Of a stretch of 64,000 nucleotides of DNA, positions 12,141-25,075 are shown piece by piece. Every line of letters starts with the position of its first letter. Positions within the stretch are counted from its first letter, which is position 1. The notes under the pieces were generated by a model. The model searched no databases. It was not told where the DNA came from and was given only the letters and a program-made list of their open reading frames with translations. Origin of the DNA: Eledone cirrhosa (Eukaryota); assembly GCA_964016885.1 (NCBI GenBank), contig OZ024746.1, positions 95,976,001-96,040,000 of the forward strand, written 5' to 3'. Position numbers and translations under genes: made by a program.

Positions 12141-12365
12141 TGTCCCCCCTGCTTCTGCTGGACATCACCAGAGGGCGTTAGCCGCCCCCCCCCCCCCCCG
12201 GTGTTTGCATAGCTACGGCTTCCTAAAACCGTATTTCTTTTATATATATATAAGTATGCATACGCACATACATACATACATACATACATATATACATACA
12301 TACATATATATATATATATGTATATATATATATGTATGTATGTATGGGTTATATCGATCATTAAT

Positions 12366-12550
12366 AATTGTTTCTACTTTTGGCACAAGGCCAGTAATTA
12401 CCCAGTGTATTACTGGTACTTTATTTTATCGACCCCGTAAAGATGAAAGGCAAAGTTAACCTCAGCGGAATTTGAACTCAGACCATAAAGGGCCGTAACT
12501 CTTCACTGCAAAGCATGGCGTCCGACCCTCTACTGATACTGCCAATCCAC
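12366..12550 (-). mobile_element. SINE family B inserted in an HHR element
   Basis: Family B match flanked by a TAATAAT duplication. Confidence 0.85.
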
Positions 12551-12650
12551 TAATAATGTTTGGTTCATTTGTAAACAAACGAGTCTGATTAAAAGCTGAG
12601 CCATCCCAGTGACCGGTTATCACCTGTTTGTTCAACACTGGCTTTGAGGA

Positions 12651-12693
12651 ACAATCAACATGTTTCTGAGACATTACCCTTCACCAGGACTGT
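12651..12693 (-). ncRNA. Degenerate type I HHR (A6G core)
   Basis: ACAGTC-CTGGTGA-agggtaatgtctca-GAAA-CATG-TT-GATTGT. The flanks are homologous to the 40.4 kb element. Confidence 0.6.
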
Positions 12694-12744
12694 ATACTTC
12701 TCAGCCAATGTGTTGTTCGATATAACCCATATGTACATATGTAT

Positions 12745-13085
<341 letters not shown>

Positions 13086-13180
13086 TGCGTATGTATACTT
13101 ACTTTTATGTATCTGCTGTGCTAGATTGAGAAATAAAATCTTTATTTTATTTATATAAATATATAGGTATATATATAGAG

Positions 13181-13288
13181 AGAAATGGCTTCTACAGGAC
13201 TAGAACTGTTTCATTCGGGAGAAATCATAAGGAAGCTCTGATGATTTCTCCCGAATGAAACTGTTCTAGTCCTGTAGAAGCCATTTCT
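13181..13288 (+). repeat. 48-bp-arm palindrome containing an HHR-like core
   Basis: Arms 13181-13228 and 13241-13288. CTGATGA at 13238, GAAAC at 13257, GTA at 13274. Stem I pairs poorly. Confidence 0.8.
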
Positions 13289-13624
13289 ATATTAAATATT
13301 TATACTTTGCTATGTATTGAGTACCTTACTGTGGTTACCCTCAATTGAACACGGGATAAAGGTATATATATACTTTTTAGCACCCCATCATATATATAGA
13401 TTGGGGGCTGAAAACTTCCTGGCTTTGGGTAAAAGAAAATACAGGATGATCAGTTAATTATGATTTTATTCAACATATTCCCCTCTCAGATTCACACACT
13501 TACTGCAGCAGTCCTTCAATTTTTCTAAGCCTTGTAAAAAGAACTCGGAAGATTGGGCCTTCAACCAAGCCTTTGTGATAATTTTAAAACTAAGAACTTT
13601 TTAGCACTCCTTATGATGATGATG

Positions 13625-13985
13625 ATCATCATCATCACCGTTTTACGTCCGTTCTTCCACGCTAGCATGGGTTAGACGGGTTGTCCAGTTGTGGGCAGTG
13701 CCCAGTCGGCTGACCTTGTCTTGCTCATACGGAAACTGATTCTGGCTTGATTTCTACAGCTGGATGCCCTTCCTAACACCAACCTCATTTACAGTGAGTG
13801 CTGGGCGCTTTTTTTCCATGGTGACTATACGTCCACTTAACAGTGTGGGCTAGGTGCCTTTATTGCCGTGGCACCTCCACGACCACTTTGCAGTGGAATG
13901 ATAGGGACCCCAGTCCTATCATCTCATTTCTACAGCTGAGTAAACTGGAGTAATGTGAAATAAAGTGTCTTGCTCAAGGAAACAC
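13625..13985 (-). mobile_element. SINE family A (5' truncated)
   Basis: Core plus RTE-type tail. Full-length copies at 15237-15565(-), 19696-20082(-) and 41580-41920(-). A 3' part lies at 38423-38648(+). Confidence 0.85.
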
Positions 13986-14413
13986 TTATACATTTATATA
14001 ACATTAGGCTATATCATATTTAGTAAATATCCCTAACAAGTTTGTATATAAACTCTGTGTCTGTATAAAAGGATAAAGAGCCTCTTCGGTCATGAGCAGC
14101 CATGGGATTTGCACCTAGAAAGTTCTACTCCGAAGTACAATCCTGGGCCAGGTTGTTTGTGGAAGACCAGCAGTCGTCCATACATACCAGTCTCCCCTCT
14201 CCACACCACCGATGATGTCCAACGGAAAGGCAATGGCTGATACAGCTTGGAACCAGTGATGTCACAACATATACTATATATACTCACTATATATACACTC
14301 TATACTCTATATATACACTATATACTCTATATATACACTATATATATACACTCTATATTCTATATATACACTCGATACTCTATATATACACTATATACTC
14401 TATATATACACAG

Positions 14414-14855
14414 GTGGTGGTGGTGGTGGTGGCGGTGGTGACGGTGGTGGTAGTGGTGGTGGTGGTGGTGGTGGTGATGGTGGTGGTGGCGGTGGCGGTG
14501 GTAATGGTGTTGATGGTGGTGGTGGTGGTGGTGGTAGTGATGATGGTGGTTGTATTGGTAGTGGTGGTGGTGGCAGTGATGGTGGTGGTGGTGGTGGTGG
14601 TAGTGATGGTCGTGGTAGTGATGGTGGTGGTTGTGGTGGTAGTGGTGGTGGTGGTGGTGATGGTGGTAGTGGTGGTGGTGGTGGTGGTGATGCTGGTGGT
14701 GGTGGTGGTGGTGGTGGTGATGCTGGTGGTGGTGGTGGTGGTGGTAGTGATGATGATGATGGTGGTGGTGGTGTTGGTGGTGGTGGTGATGATGATGATG
14801 GTGGTGGTTGTGGTGGTGGTTGTGGTGGTGATGACGATGGTTGTGATGATAATGA
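14414..14855. repeat. (GGT/GAT)n trinucleotide array
   Basis: Seen directly in the sequence. Confidence 0.95.
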
Positions 14856-16091
14856 TTGTGTGAGTGTATGTGTGAGTGCATGTGTGTGTGTGTGTAAGAT
14901 TGTGTGTGTGTGTGTAAGATTGAGTGTGTGTGAGTGTATGTGTGTGAGTGTAACATGAGTCTAAATCATAATATTCTGACATCATCTGGGTTATTTAATA
15001 ATGAATGTATTCTCTGCTTTATATATATGAATGTGGAGAAGGGGTTGTCTAAGACAGCCCTTAGATACACAAGAGAAGTCGATATAGATTTAACCAATCA
15101 GGCTTCTAAATGTTAAGTTTTTCAGGCTGTATTTCTAACCATTATTTAATTCAATAGTTTATTGTTAGTCAGATGTTATGGTCTGTAACGATAAGACCCA
15201 GAGGTCAAACCAAATTTTACAGTCCTGTATTATATTCATCATCATTTTTACGTCCGCTTTTCCCTGCTTGCAAGGGTGGGACGGGAAATGATTCTGGCCT
15301 GATTTCTACAGCTGGATGCCCTTCCTAACACTAACCTCATTTACAGTGAGTGCTGGGTGCTTTTTTGCTGTGGCACCTCCACGACCTCTTTGCAGTGGAA
15401 TGACAGGGACCCCAGTCCCTATCATCTCATTTCTACAGCTGAGTAAACTGGAGCAATGTGAAATAAAGTGTCTTGCTCAAGGAAACAACACATCACCCGG
15501 TCTGAGAATTGAACTCACAACCTTTCGATTGCAAGGCCAATGCTCTAACCACTAAGCCATGTGCCTCCACTGTAAATTTATAAACATTATTGTAAAGAAC
15601 TATGGCGGTGGATTGGCAGTATCGGTAGAGGGTCAGACACCATGCTTAGCAGCATAGAGTTACGGCCCTTTATGATCTGAGTTCAAATCCCACTGAGGTT
15701 AACTTTGCCTTTCATCCTTACGGGGTCAATAAAATGTAGTACCAGTCATGCACTGGGCGGGATTTAATCGACTTCTGCCTCCCCCTATATTGCTGGCCTT
15801 GTGCCTATATAAGGAACCATTATTTAATTCAATAGTTTGTTAGTCAGATGTTATGGTCTGTAATGATAAGACCCAGACTAGTGTAAATAACTATGGTGGT
15901 GGATGTCATGCTTACCAGCATAGAGTTACGGCCCTTTAGGGTCTGAGTTCAATTCCCGCCGAGGTTAACTTTGCCTTTCATTCCTACTGGGTCGATAAAA
16001 TAAAGTACCAGTAATGTACTGGGGTAATTGCTGGCCTTGTGCCAAAAGTAGAAACAATTATTGTAAAGGATTATAGTCAGAGTTAGTATGA

Positions 16092-16862
16092 AATCATCAT
16101 CATCGTCATCATCGTCATCATCATCATCACCATCAACATCACCATCATCATCACCATCATCATCAGCATATTCATCAGCATCATCATCATTATCATCATC
16201 ATTATACCTACCACCATGATCGTCATCACCACCACCACCATCATCACCACCACCACCACCACCACCATCATTATCTTCATCATCATCATCATCACCACCA
16301 TCATCTTGACCATCATCATCAGCACCACCACCATCACCACCATCATTATCATCATCATCACTGCCACCACCATCACCACCACCACCACCACCACCACCAC
16401 CACCACCACCACCACCATCATCATCACCACCACTACAACCACCACCACCACCATCATCACCATCACCATCATCACCATCACCATCACCATCATCACCATC
16501 ACCACCATCACCACCACCACCACCATCACTATCATCATCATCACCATCACCACCACCATCACCACCATCATTATCATCATCACCACCACCACCACATCAC
16601 CACCACCACCACCATCACCACCACCATCATCATCGCCGCCACCACCACCACCACCATCACCACCACCATCATCATCACCACCACCACTACCACCATCATA
16701 ATCACTATCACCACCACCATCACCACCACCACCATCATTATCATCACCATCACCACCACCACCACCACCACCACCATCACCACCATCACCACCACCACCA
16801 CCACCATCATCATCACCACCACCACCATCATTATCTTTATTGTAGTTATCGTCATCATCATC
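16092..16862. repeat. (CAT/CAC)n trinucleotide array
   Basis: Seen directly in the sequence. Confidence 0.95.
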
Positions 16863-17134
16863 AATTTTACATACATTTTTCCAGAATGAAATTGGTAATA
16901 GAAGACATTTTCAGACAATTCTACAACCTGATGACCTTTGTGATGTTACATACCCTTGGTTTCTCAGTAAGATATAGATCTTCACACATTAAACTGCTGT
17001 CATCTCACAGTCTGATCTTTTAACCCTTTTCTTACCAATCCAGCCAAAACCGGCTCTGGTTCTATTAAATAAAGTCACACATTTTTCAAGTGTGCTCATG
17101 TTTGTTGCCTATATATTACGCTTCAGCTAAATGA

Positions 17135-17298
17135 GAGTACACAATTCTATCCAACAAGTTCAAAGTATAGTCTGAAGGTTTGAGGAGTACACAATTCTAT
17201 CCAACAAGTTCAAAGTATAGTCTGAAGGTTTGAGGAGTACACAATTCTATCCAACAGGTTCAAAGTATAGTCTGAAGGTTTGAGGAGTACACAATTCT
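17135..17298. repeat. 50-bp tandem repeat, about 3.3 copies
   Basis: Unit GAGTACACAATTCTATCCAACAAGTTCAAAGTATAGTCTGAAGGTTTGAG. Confidence 0.95.
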
Positions 17299-17349
17299 TT
17301 CTGTTGCCACAGAATTACATTCAGTGCTATTATTGTTACATCCTAGCTT

Positions 17350-18054
17350 CAGTTCAACAGTTCTACAGTTCAACAGGTCTACAGTTCAACAGTTCTACAG
17401 TTCAACAGTTCTACAGTTCAACAGTTCTACAGTTCAACAGTTCTTCAGTTCAACAGTTCTTCAGTTCAACAGTTCTTCAGTTCTACAGTTCTTCAGTTCA
17501 ACAGTTCTTCAGTTCAACAGTTCTTCAGTTCAACAGTTCTACAGTTCTTCAGTTCTACAGTTCTTCAGTTCAACAGTTCTACAGTTCTTCAGTTCAACAG
17601 TTCTTCAGTTCAACAGTTCTACAGTTCTTCAGTTCTACAGTTCTACAGTTCTTCAGTTCTACAGTTCTTCAGTTCTACAGTTCTTCAGTTCTACAGTTCT
17701 TCAGTTCAACAGTTCTACAGTTCTTCAGTTCTACAGTTCTTCAGTTCAACAGTTCTACAGTTCTTCAGTTCAACAGTTCTTCAGTTCAACAGTTCTACAG
17801 TTCTTCAGTTCTACAGTTCTACAGTTCTTCAGTTCTACAGTTCTACAGTTCTTCAGTTCAACAGTTCTACAGTTCTTCAGTTCAACAGTTCTACAGTTCT
17901 TCAGTTCAACAGTTCTACAGTTCTTCAGTTCAACAGTTCTACAGTTCTTCAGTTCTACAGTTCTACAGTTCTTCAGTTCAACAGTTCAGCAGTTCAACAG
18001 TTCTACAGTTCAACAGTTCTACAGTTCTACAGTTCAACAGTTCTTCAGTTCTAC
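17350..18054. repeat. 8-bp satellite CAGTTC(AA/TA/TT)
   Basis: Three interspersed octamer variants. Confidence 0.97.
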
Positions 18055-18378
18055 AATTTATTGTGCTTCATTGTGTCGAAATAGAAACTTGTAATTTACT
18101 GTTCCTTGTTCAATTACTTACGCACATAGTTCAACACTGTAAATATGGTTGGTGTTAGGAAGTGTATCCAGCTGTAAAAATCTGGCCAAATTTACAGTCC
18201 CATCAGAGCAAGGTACAGTGTGACCAATTCTGGCCAGACTTGTCTCTCGACGCAGAAACCCTCCTAACTTAGGGAAGTATGGAAAATGGATGTTAAACGG
18301 TGATGATGATGATGATAATAAGGAAATAAAAAAGACACGACAAACCTATTTTAAGTTATGTTCCAGTCACCACATTAA

Positions 18379-18586
18379 TCCTTTAGCATTTAAACTGGCT
18401 GCATCCGGCCAGAATTCTCTCAACTCTTTCTCTTCAAACTGTCCATAACTGGCCACTCATACTGATGTTAAGGTATTGTTCTCGAAATAAATAACTTTAA
18501 AATCTCGTAGATTTGATATTATATAAGATAAAGTCTTTACCACAAAAATACAATAGTATATCTAGAGTAATGTAAATGCTAAATGG
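18379..18586. mobile_element. TTAA-flanked (piggyBac-like) MITE
   Basis: TTAA|TCCTTTAGCATTTA...TAAATGCTAAATGG|TTAA. A second copy lies at about 19251-19468. Confidence 0.75.
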
Positions 18587-19574
18587 TTAATAACAAGAAA
18601 GGTAGTTCTATTACTATATCCTTCTAAATTCTTGATTATTTTCAAAATTATTAAAAAATAATAGTGTATTTCATTAGAAATATGATAATAAAAGGGTTAA
18701 TAGACAGCTTCCTCATAAGCCAGGTTTGTTATATTCAAAGAATTTTATGGCAAAGATTATAATACATTATTTTCATATAGATAGTTACAAATAAATTACT
18801 TCTCATTTCGGCAGATTGCTAGTCAAAACTATTTAATGTTTTCTCATTTTAGTTTCTGAATTCAAATCCTGCCAGAACTGAATTTAATTTGGCTTTCACC
18901 CTCAGGTGTTGATAAACAAAAAAGTATTTATAATATATTGGAATTGATTCAATAATATTGGCCTTGTGCCTAGCTTTTAAAAAATAATCAATATTCTCAC
19001 TAAGGTTGGGGTTGAGATAGTTGGGCAGAAAACTACAGAAAACTAAACAAGAGAGAACCTCTACATGGTTGCCTGACCTACAAGCAGAGCTAGATTGGGG
19101 GTGGGGGTTGCATGGCACTTCAGGTTGGGGGTGGGGATCATACACAAAATATGACAATACATAGCAATCCCCCTCCCCCCAGTTTTATATATCAAAGGTA
19201 GCTTGGTGCGAATAATTTGAATTGAAAAGTTATCTATAGAAGAATATTAACCCTTTAGCATTTAAACCGGCCATATCAGGCCAGAATTCTCTCACCTCTT
19301 TCTGTTCAAACTGGTGGTAACTGGCAGCTCATACTGATGTTAAAGTATTGTTCTCAAAATAAATATCAAAATATCATAGATTTGATATTATATGAGATAA
19401 TTATGTGAGGTAAAGCCTTTACCGTGAAAATACAATAGTAAATATAGTGTAATGTAAATGGTAAAGTGTTAAATTCAAAAAATCTAACCATCCTAAAACT
19501 AAAAAACCCAGCTGAGGGCACAAATAAATTACTACGGCCGTCACTGGCGGAGGCTCAGGGCAATTACCAACCCC

Positions 19575-19661
19575 GTTTAAGCAAAGAATCACTGCTTTCA
19601 CCCTTAACGGGACCTTCTGAAGATCCTGTTAAGGGTGAAAGCAGCAATTCTTTGCTTAAAC
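19575..19661 (+). repeat. Palindrome centred on an HHR core
   Basis: Arms of ~43 bp centred at 19618. The right side reads CTGAAGA-tcctgttaagggt-GAA-AGCAG(caattct)TTGCT-T. Confidence 0.75.
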
Positions 19662-21497
19662 TTTAATCTTAATGTTATTTTAATAAATATATATATCATC
19701 ATCATCATCACCGTTTTACGTCCGTTCTTCCACGCTAGCATGGGTTAGACGGCTTGTCCTGTTGTGGGCAGTGTCCGGTCGGCTGACCTTGTCTTGCTCA
19801 TACGGGAACTGATTCTGGCTTGATTTCTACAGGTGGATGCCCTTCCTAACACCAACCTCATTTACAGTGAGTGCTGGGTGCTTTTTTGCCGTGGCACCTC
19901 CACAACCACTTTTGCAGTGGAATGATAGGGACCCCAGTCCCTATCATCTCATTTCTACTGCTGAGTAAACTGGAGCAATGTGAAATAAAGTGTCTTGCTC
20001 AAGGAAATAACACATCACCCGGTATGAGAATTGAACTCACAACCTTTCGATTCCAAGCCCAATGCTCTAACCACTAAGCCACGTAGGTATAAATATGTAT
20101 ATATATATATGATGGTAAAAAAACGGGAGATTATATCTGTAGTTGGCAGAGCACTCAGTCCAAAGGACAAGTTCGGTATAAAAATCACCATCATCATTAT
20201 TATCATCATATATTATGTATAAGTACATGTCAACATGTTAAATTATACATGGGTGTGTATGCTAATATGGAAAAACAGACATAAAATGATAATGTACATA
20301 CATACATCAATGTAAAAAATGTGAATAATTTAATCACATGAGAGATAATATACAATAAAAAAATTGTATTAAAACAATGCTTCAATTATCCAATACATAT
20401 ATTTAATAAATGTCTTTTCTAAAGTATAAAATATATTTTACTAATATTGTTTCATCTATAAATAGTGAGTGATGGTGCATGACTTAGTGGTTAAAGTGTT
20501 GGCCTTACAATTAAGAGGTGTGAGTTGGATTCTAGGATCGAGTGATGCATTGTGTTCTTGAGCAAGACACTTTATTTCATGTTGCTCCGGTTTACTCAGC
20601 TGTAGAAATGAGTTGCGATGTCACTGGTGTCAAGCTGTATCGGCCATTGTCTTTCCCTTGGACAACATCAGTGGTGTGGAGAGGGTATGCATGAGCGACT
20701 GCTGGTCTTCCACAAACAAGCTTGCCCGGACTTGTGGCTCAGAGGGAAACTTTCTAGGTGCAAATCCCTGGTCACTAGTGTCCAATGGGGGCCTTATATT
20801 TAGTGATTAGAAAGTCCCATAGCAACCATGCAACATCCATTTTGAGAAAAATCTTTGCCTGCTTCGGGCCCCAAAGGGGTCTTGTATTGCCTTGCAAAAT
20901 TTCTCTTGGAGGCCCTGGGAGCAATGATAAAATGCACCCAGCATACTCTGTAAAGTGTTTTGTGATCAAACAGAAACAAGGTGTCTTAGAGAGGATTCTC
21001 ATGTTTTATTGAGTACACAAGAGAGCTTGTCATGTCTTTGATACAACTGAAGGATCCTTGCCAACTTTTAGGATAGTAGGAGCAGTGGTGGTAGGTGTGT
21101 TTCTTTACATAGAACAAAATAGTTTTTAAGGACAAAGGAAATATTCTGTAAATATGTGTGTGTATCTCTATTGTGTTAATGGACTGGTCAAGAGTTCAGA
21201 TGGGCAAAGGGAGGGATTGTAAGATAAATTCTATGGGATTGGCAACAGTAGGGTTGTAAAAGAAATTCTATTTTTGGAATATGGTTTTAGAGTGTGTGTA
21301 CGTGTGAGAGTGTATATATAAAAAAAATACACACATGTGTGTAGGGGAGGGGGAGCTTCAGCCTATAACCACTGTTTTGTATAGAACCTTACTTCCCTTT
21401 TCAAATATATATATATATATTTAGCTTTATGTTCTTTCTTATATCCTATTTTCCCTAAACCACAGGTTTTCAACCCATTTAAGCCAAATCACGAAAC

Positions 21498-21550
21498 GGG
21501 GGTTGTCACAGGTTGTTTTTTCATTGAAAAAACAACCTGTGACAACCCCC
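21498..21550. repeat. Perfect 26-bp-arm palindrome at the start of a pLTR-like segment
   Basis: GGGGGTTGTCACAGGTTGTTTTTTCA-T-TGAAAAAACAACCTGTGACAACCCCC. Confidence 0.9.
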
Positions 21551-21735
21551 ACCCCTCTCTTATTTGAAGAACTATTGTAACGCGAACTGGCGCGAAATTT
21601 ATTATAATTATTGACAAACCAATCAAATTACTTCTCCAAAAACCTGGCTTTCGAGCCACTTTTTCCATATAAAACAAGTAACATTTAGAGACCAACCAGA
21701 TGTGAGAAAAACCACAGACCCTCCATCTCAACTCA

Positions 21736-21773
21736 CCTTTTGAAAAGCAGAAGAACTGCGAAACCGGTAAAGG
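21736..21773 (+). ncRNA. Minimal type I HHR with U3-A8 core variant
   Basis: CCTT-TTGAAAA-GCAG(aagaa)CTGC-GAAA-CCGG-TA-AAGG. Confidence 0.75.
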
Positions 21774-21904
21774 AACCAAATAAATATATATATTTTAAAA
21801 AAAAATAAGACTTCAGTTGCATTTTCGATTTCATCTCTTTTTCTTTATACTTCCACTCGTGTAGGACACCTCGGTTATTTTCCATTTTGTAAAAAAAACC
21901 TCAC

Positions 21905-21992
<88 letters not shown>

Positions 21993-21996
<4 letters not shown>

Positions 21997-22158
21997 AAGT
22001 ATGACCCCGACGGCAGAGCTCTAGCCGTTTCGACGGCTATTTCTGGACAGAAATAGCCGTCGAAACGGGTTGAGCCCTGCCGTCGGGGTCATACTTTTTC
22101 CTATTACCCACTCTACTACCCTAAGTATTGAGTACTCTGGCTTCTATTTCTAATTCTT

Positions 22159-22164
<6 letters not shown>
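21993..22164 (+). mobile_element. PLE-like 3' remnant: 53-bp-arm palindrome with an HHR 3' half, inside (TA)n
   Basis: Arms 21993-22045 and 22048-22100. Family consensus GAAAC-GGC(ttgagctct)GCC-GTC. Other copies at 25777-25964 and 28001-28139. Confidence 0.7.
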
Positions 22165-22197
<33 letters not shown>

Positions 22198-23033
22198 TAG
22201 AAAGGAAAAGAAAATGCTGACAAATTTTTCCCAGTGAAAAATAGTTTAATTAGGAATAAATATAAATTAGTAATAAGTATTGGTTAGTATTCAGTTTTAA
22301 TTTTAAGTTTTTACCGGTTGCGCATTTTTAATGCTTTTCAAAAATAATTTGTTTGCTCTAATCTGATTATTATCTTTCCTACTTATTAAGACTTTCATCT
22401 TTGCTAAATTTAGTTTTTACCTTTTCAACTCTACATTCTTTCCATGCTTCAAATTTTGCTCTATCTCTCTTATGGATTCAGCTATAAAGACTAGGTTATC
22501 AGCATAAAGGAACTCCTATGGAGTGCCATTTGTAAACTACTTGGTGATGGCCTGAAGGAAAATGATAAACAGAAGTGGTCTGGTGATTGAGTCCTGGTAG
22601 AACCCTACCTGCACTTCAAATTCATCACTGTACTCATTGCTAACCCTGACTCTGCTGGTTGCTCTTTTTTTACATAGCCTGCATGGCCCTCACAGCTTCC
22701 TGAGTGGCCACCAGATTACAGTCCTTCTCCAGATCTACAAATGCTAGATACAGTGGTTTACTCTTAGCCAAGTATTTCTCCTTTGTACTTTGTTTCATTC
22801 ATGACTCTTGTGCTATAAGAATCACCACACATTTTCCCTGACGTCACATATATATATATATATATAAGCAGAAGGGATATTCAATTTGTTGGTAATTCAA
22901 CAAATATAAATGTTTATAACTGATTCAGAGCACTTGACAGGTTTTCTGGAGTATAATATTCAATGATATTAAATAAATGGAAACTGTATTTATAAAACCA
23001 TATTTATTCTATATATTTCAAGAGTACCAAAAC

Positions 23034-23088
23034 TTTATCTGATGAAAGCGTACCAAAGTTTTGGTACCCTTGAAATATATATAATAGA
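23034..23088 (+). ncRNA. Type I HHR inside a long palindrome (22961-23135)
   Basis: TTTAT-CTGATGA-AAGcGTACCAAA(gt)TTTGGTACcCTT-GAAAT(atat)ATA-ATAGA. Confidence 0.8.
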
Positions 23089-25025
23089 ATAAATATGGTT
23101 TTATAAATATAGTTTCCATTTATTTAATATCATTGTATATATATATATATATATACTTGTAGCTTAATTGCTATAAATTAATGTTTTGTCTCTCGTCTCT
23201 TACTCAACTGGACAGCATTTGGCTTATGTCAGATGCTGTGACCCCAGGTGGGCCAGCAGTGCCGTTGGTAGGGGGTCAAAACTGCCTAAATCCACTTCAA
23301 CACCCGATGACCCTGGAATTCTGTGTCCTTCATTTGTATTTTCATTTTTAAAAAATAATTTTTTAAGGTTTCTCCTTAAAAATTGTTTTCTGTTCATTGT
23401 CTTATCTTCCCTTTGTTAATTTTCTTAATTTTATCTCTCCTGAAGTTGTCTCACCAGAAAGAGGAAATTGGTACTTCCCCTACATGGCATAAATCCAAAC
23501 TGCACCTCTAATTTGATTCTGTCCCTAATTAGTTGTGTTGTAAACCTTTCAGCAACTTTCATGACCTAGTCCATCAACTTCATGCCTCTGTAATTACTTC
23601 TCTCTAATTTCTCTAATGCATCTTGTAGCAATTTACAATTGTGTGTATGTGTATGTGTGCGTGTGTGTGTTTGTATGATCATATATATATATATATAAAC
23701 AGTTATGTGTGAGCAAACATGGTCATCTGATCTAACTTGTCTCACAAGGGGACAACTCGTCAAACCCATGCTATCGTGGAAAAATGGACGTTAAACACTG
23801 ATGCTATATATATATATATGTGTGTGGGTGTGTGTGTGTGTGTGTGTGTATATACATGTGTATATATATAAATATATATACATGTGTGCATATATAGAGA
23901 GAGAGAGGGGGGGGAGATATAGATAGATAGATAGATAGAGCTCCAGTATGTCCTTCGCCGTGACATCTGTGCATATATGCACGCATTCATATAATATGCG
24001 CGCGCGTGTATGTGCGCACCGACTTGTGAGCGCGTATGTTTGTCTTGTTTACCTTAAATTAAATAGGTTCTTTTATTTACATTCATGTGAGGGTTGGTGT
24101 TTGTTTATAAGGAAGAAAATGATCGGTTACGGCACTAAGGTTACGGCACTAAGGACCACCTGTTGGATTTGGTAATGGGAAGTGATTTTTGCGTCTTCTG
24201 TCGATACGCACTGTCTCAAAGAAAAGCACATGGCTCTATCTTCTCTCTTCTCTCTTCAATAGAAGGAAAGCGAAAATGACGCTGCAACTGTTGCATGAGT
24301 CATGTTTTGTAGTATGATATAAACGGAGAATGAGAATATGGAAGAAAGAAAGAGAGAGAGAGAGAAAGAGAGAGAAGAAAATCAATACATGAAAATACAA
24401 TTTTTCGGATATGTGTAATATTGTTGATATGCAAGGAGAGAAGCTGGTAAGAAAAAGGAAGTAATTAAAGGGTTAGAAAAAGGAAAGAAGGGAGATTGGA
24501 GGTGTTTTGTTAACGTACGTAAGAATGTATTAGGAGTGGTTGGCGGAGTGAGAAGACGGGAACTGGAATGTAGTGCATGTGAGTAGAGGAATAGAGTAAA
24601 GAAAGTTGATAGAATAAATGAATTAGAGAGAGGAAAAGAGTGAGACAGAGAGGGGGATAGAGAGTGTATGTGTGACCGAGTGAGAGAGAAAGAGAAAGCG
24701 AGGTAGAGAGCATTATATATATATTTATTTATTTATTTGTATATATATCTACACCTTCGCGCGCGTGTATGTGCAATTGTTCTGCCTTAAACAAGTATAT
24801 AGAGAGTATTTATCAAATAGGCAGTGTTTTATTTTACTGTTCAAACTAACACAACAGTACATTACGCCGAGGCTGACAGGTTGAGGGTGAATATTTAAAC
24901 GAATCTTACCGACAAAGACAAGTCAGGGAGAGCGGTCAGTAATTACAGACGGACAAGTAAGCCAATCTCTTTCTCTCTCTCTCTCTCTTTTGTCTCTTTC
25001 ACACGCACACTTGTGTGCGTGTATG

Positions 25026-25075
<50 letters not shown>

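Noticed and set aside
14360-18158. Poly-His, poly-Thr, poly-Val and SSTVLQF repeat ORFs
   Set aside because: They come from trinucleotide and octamer satellites that are open in several frames.
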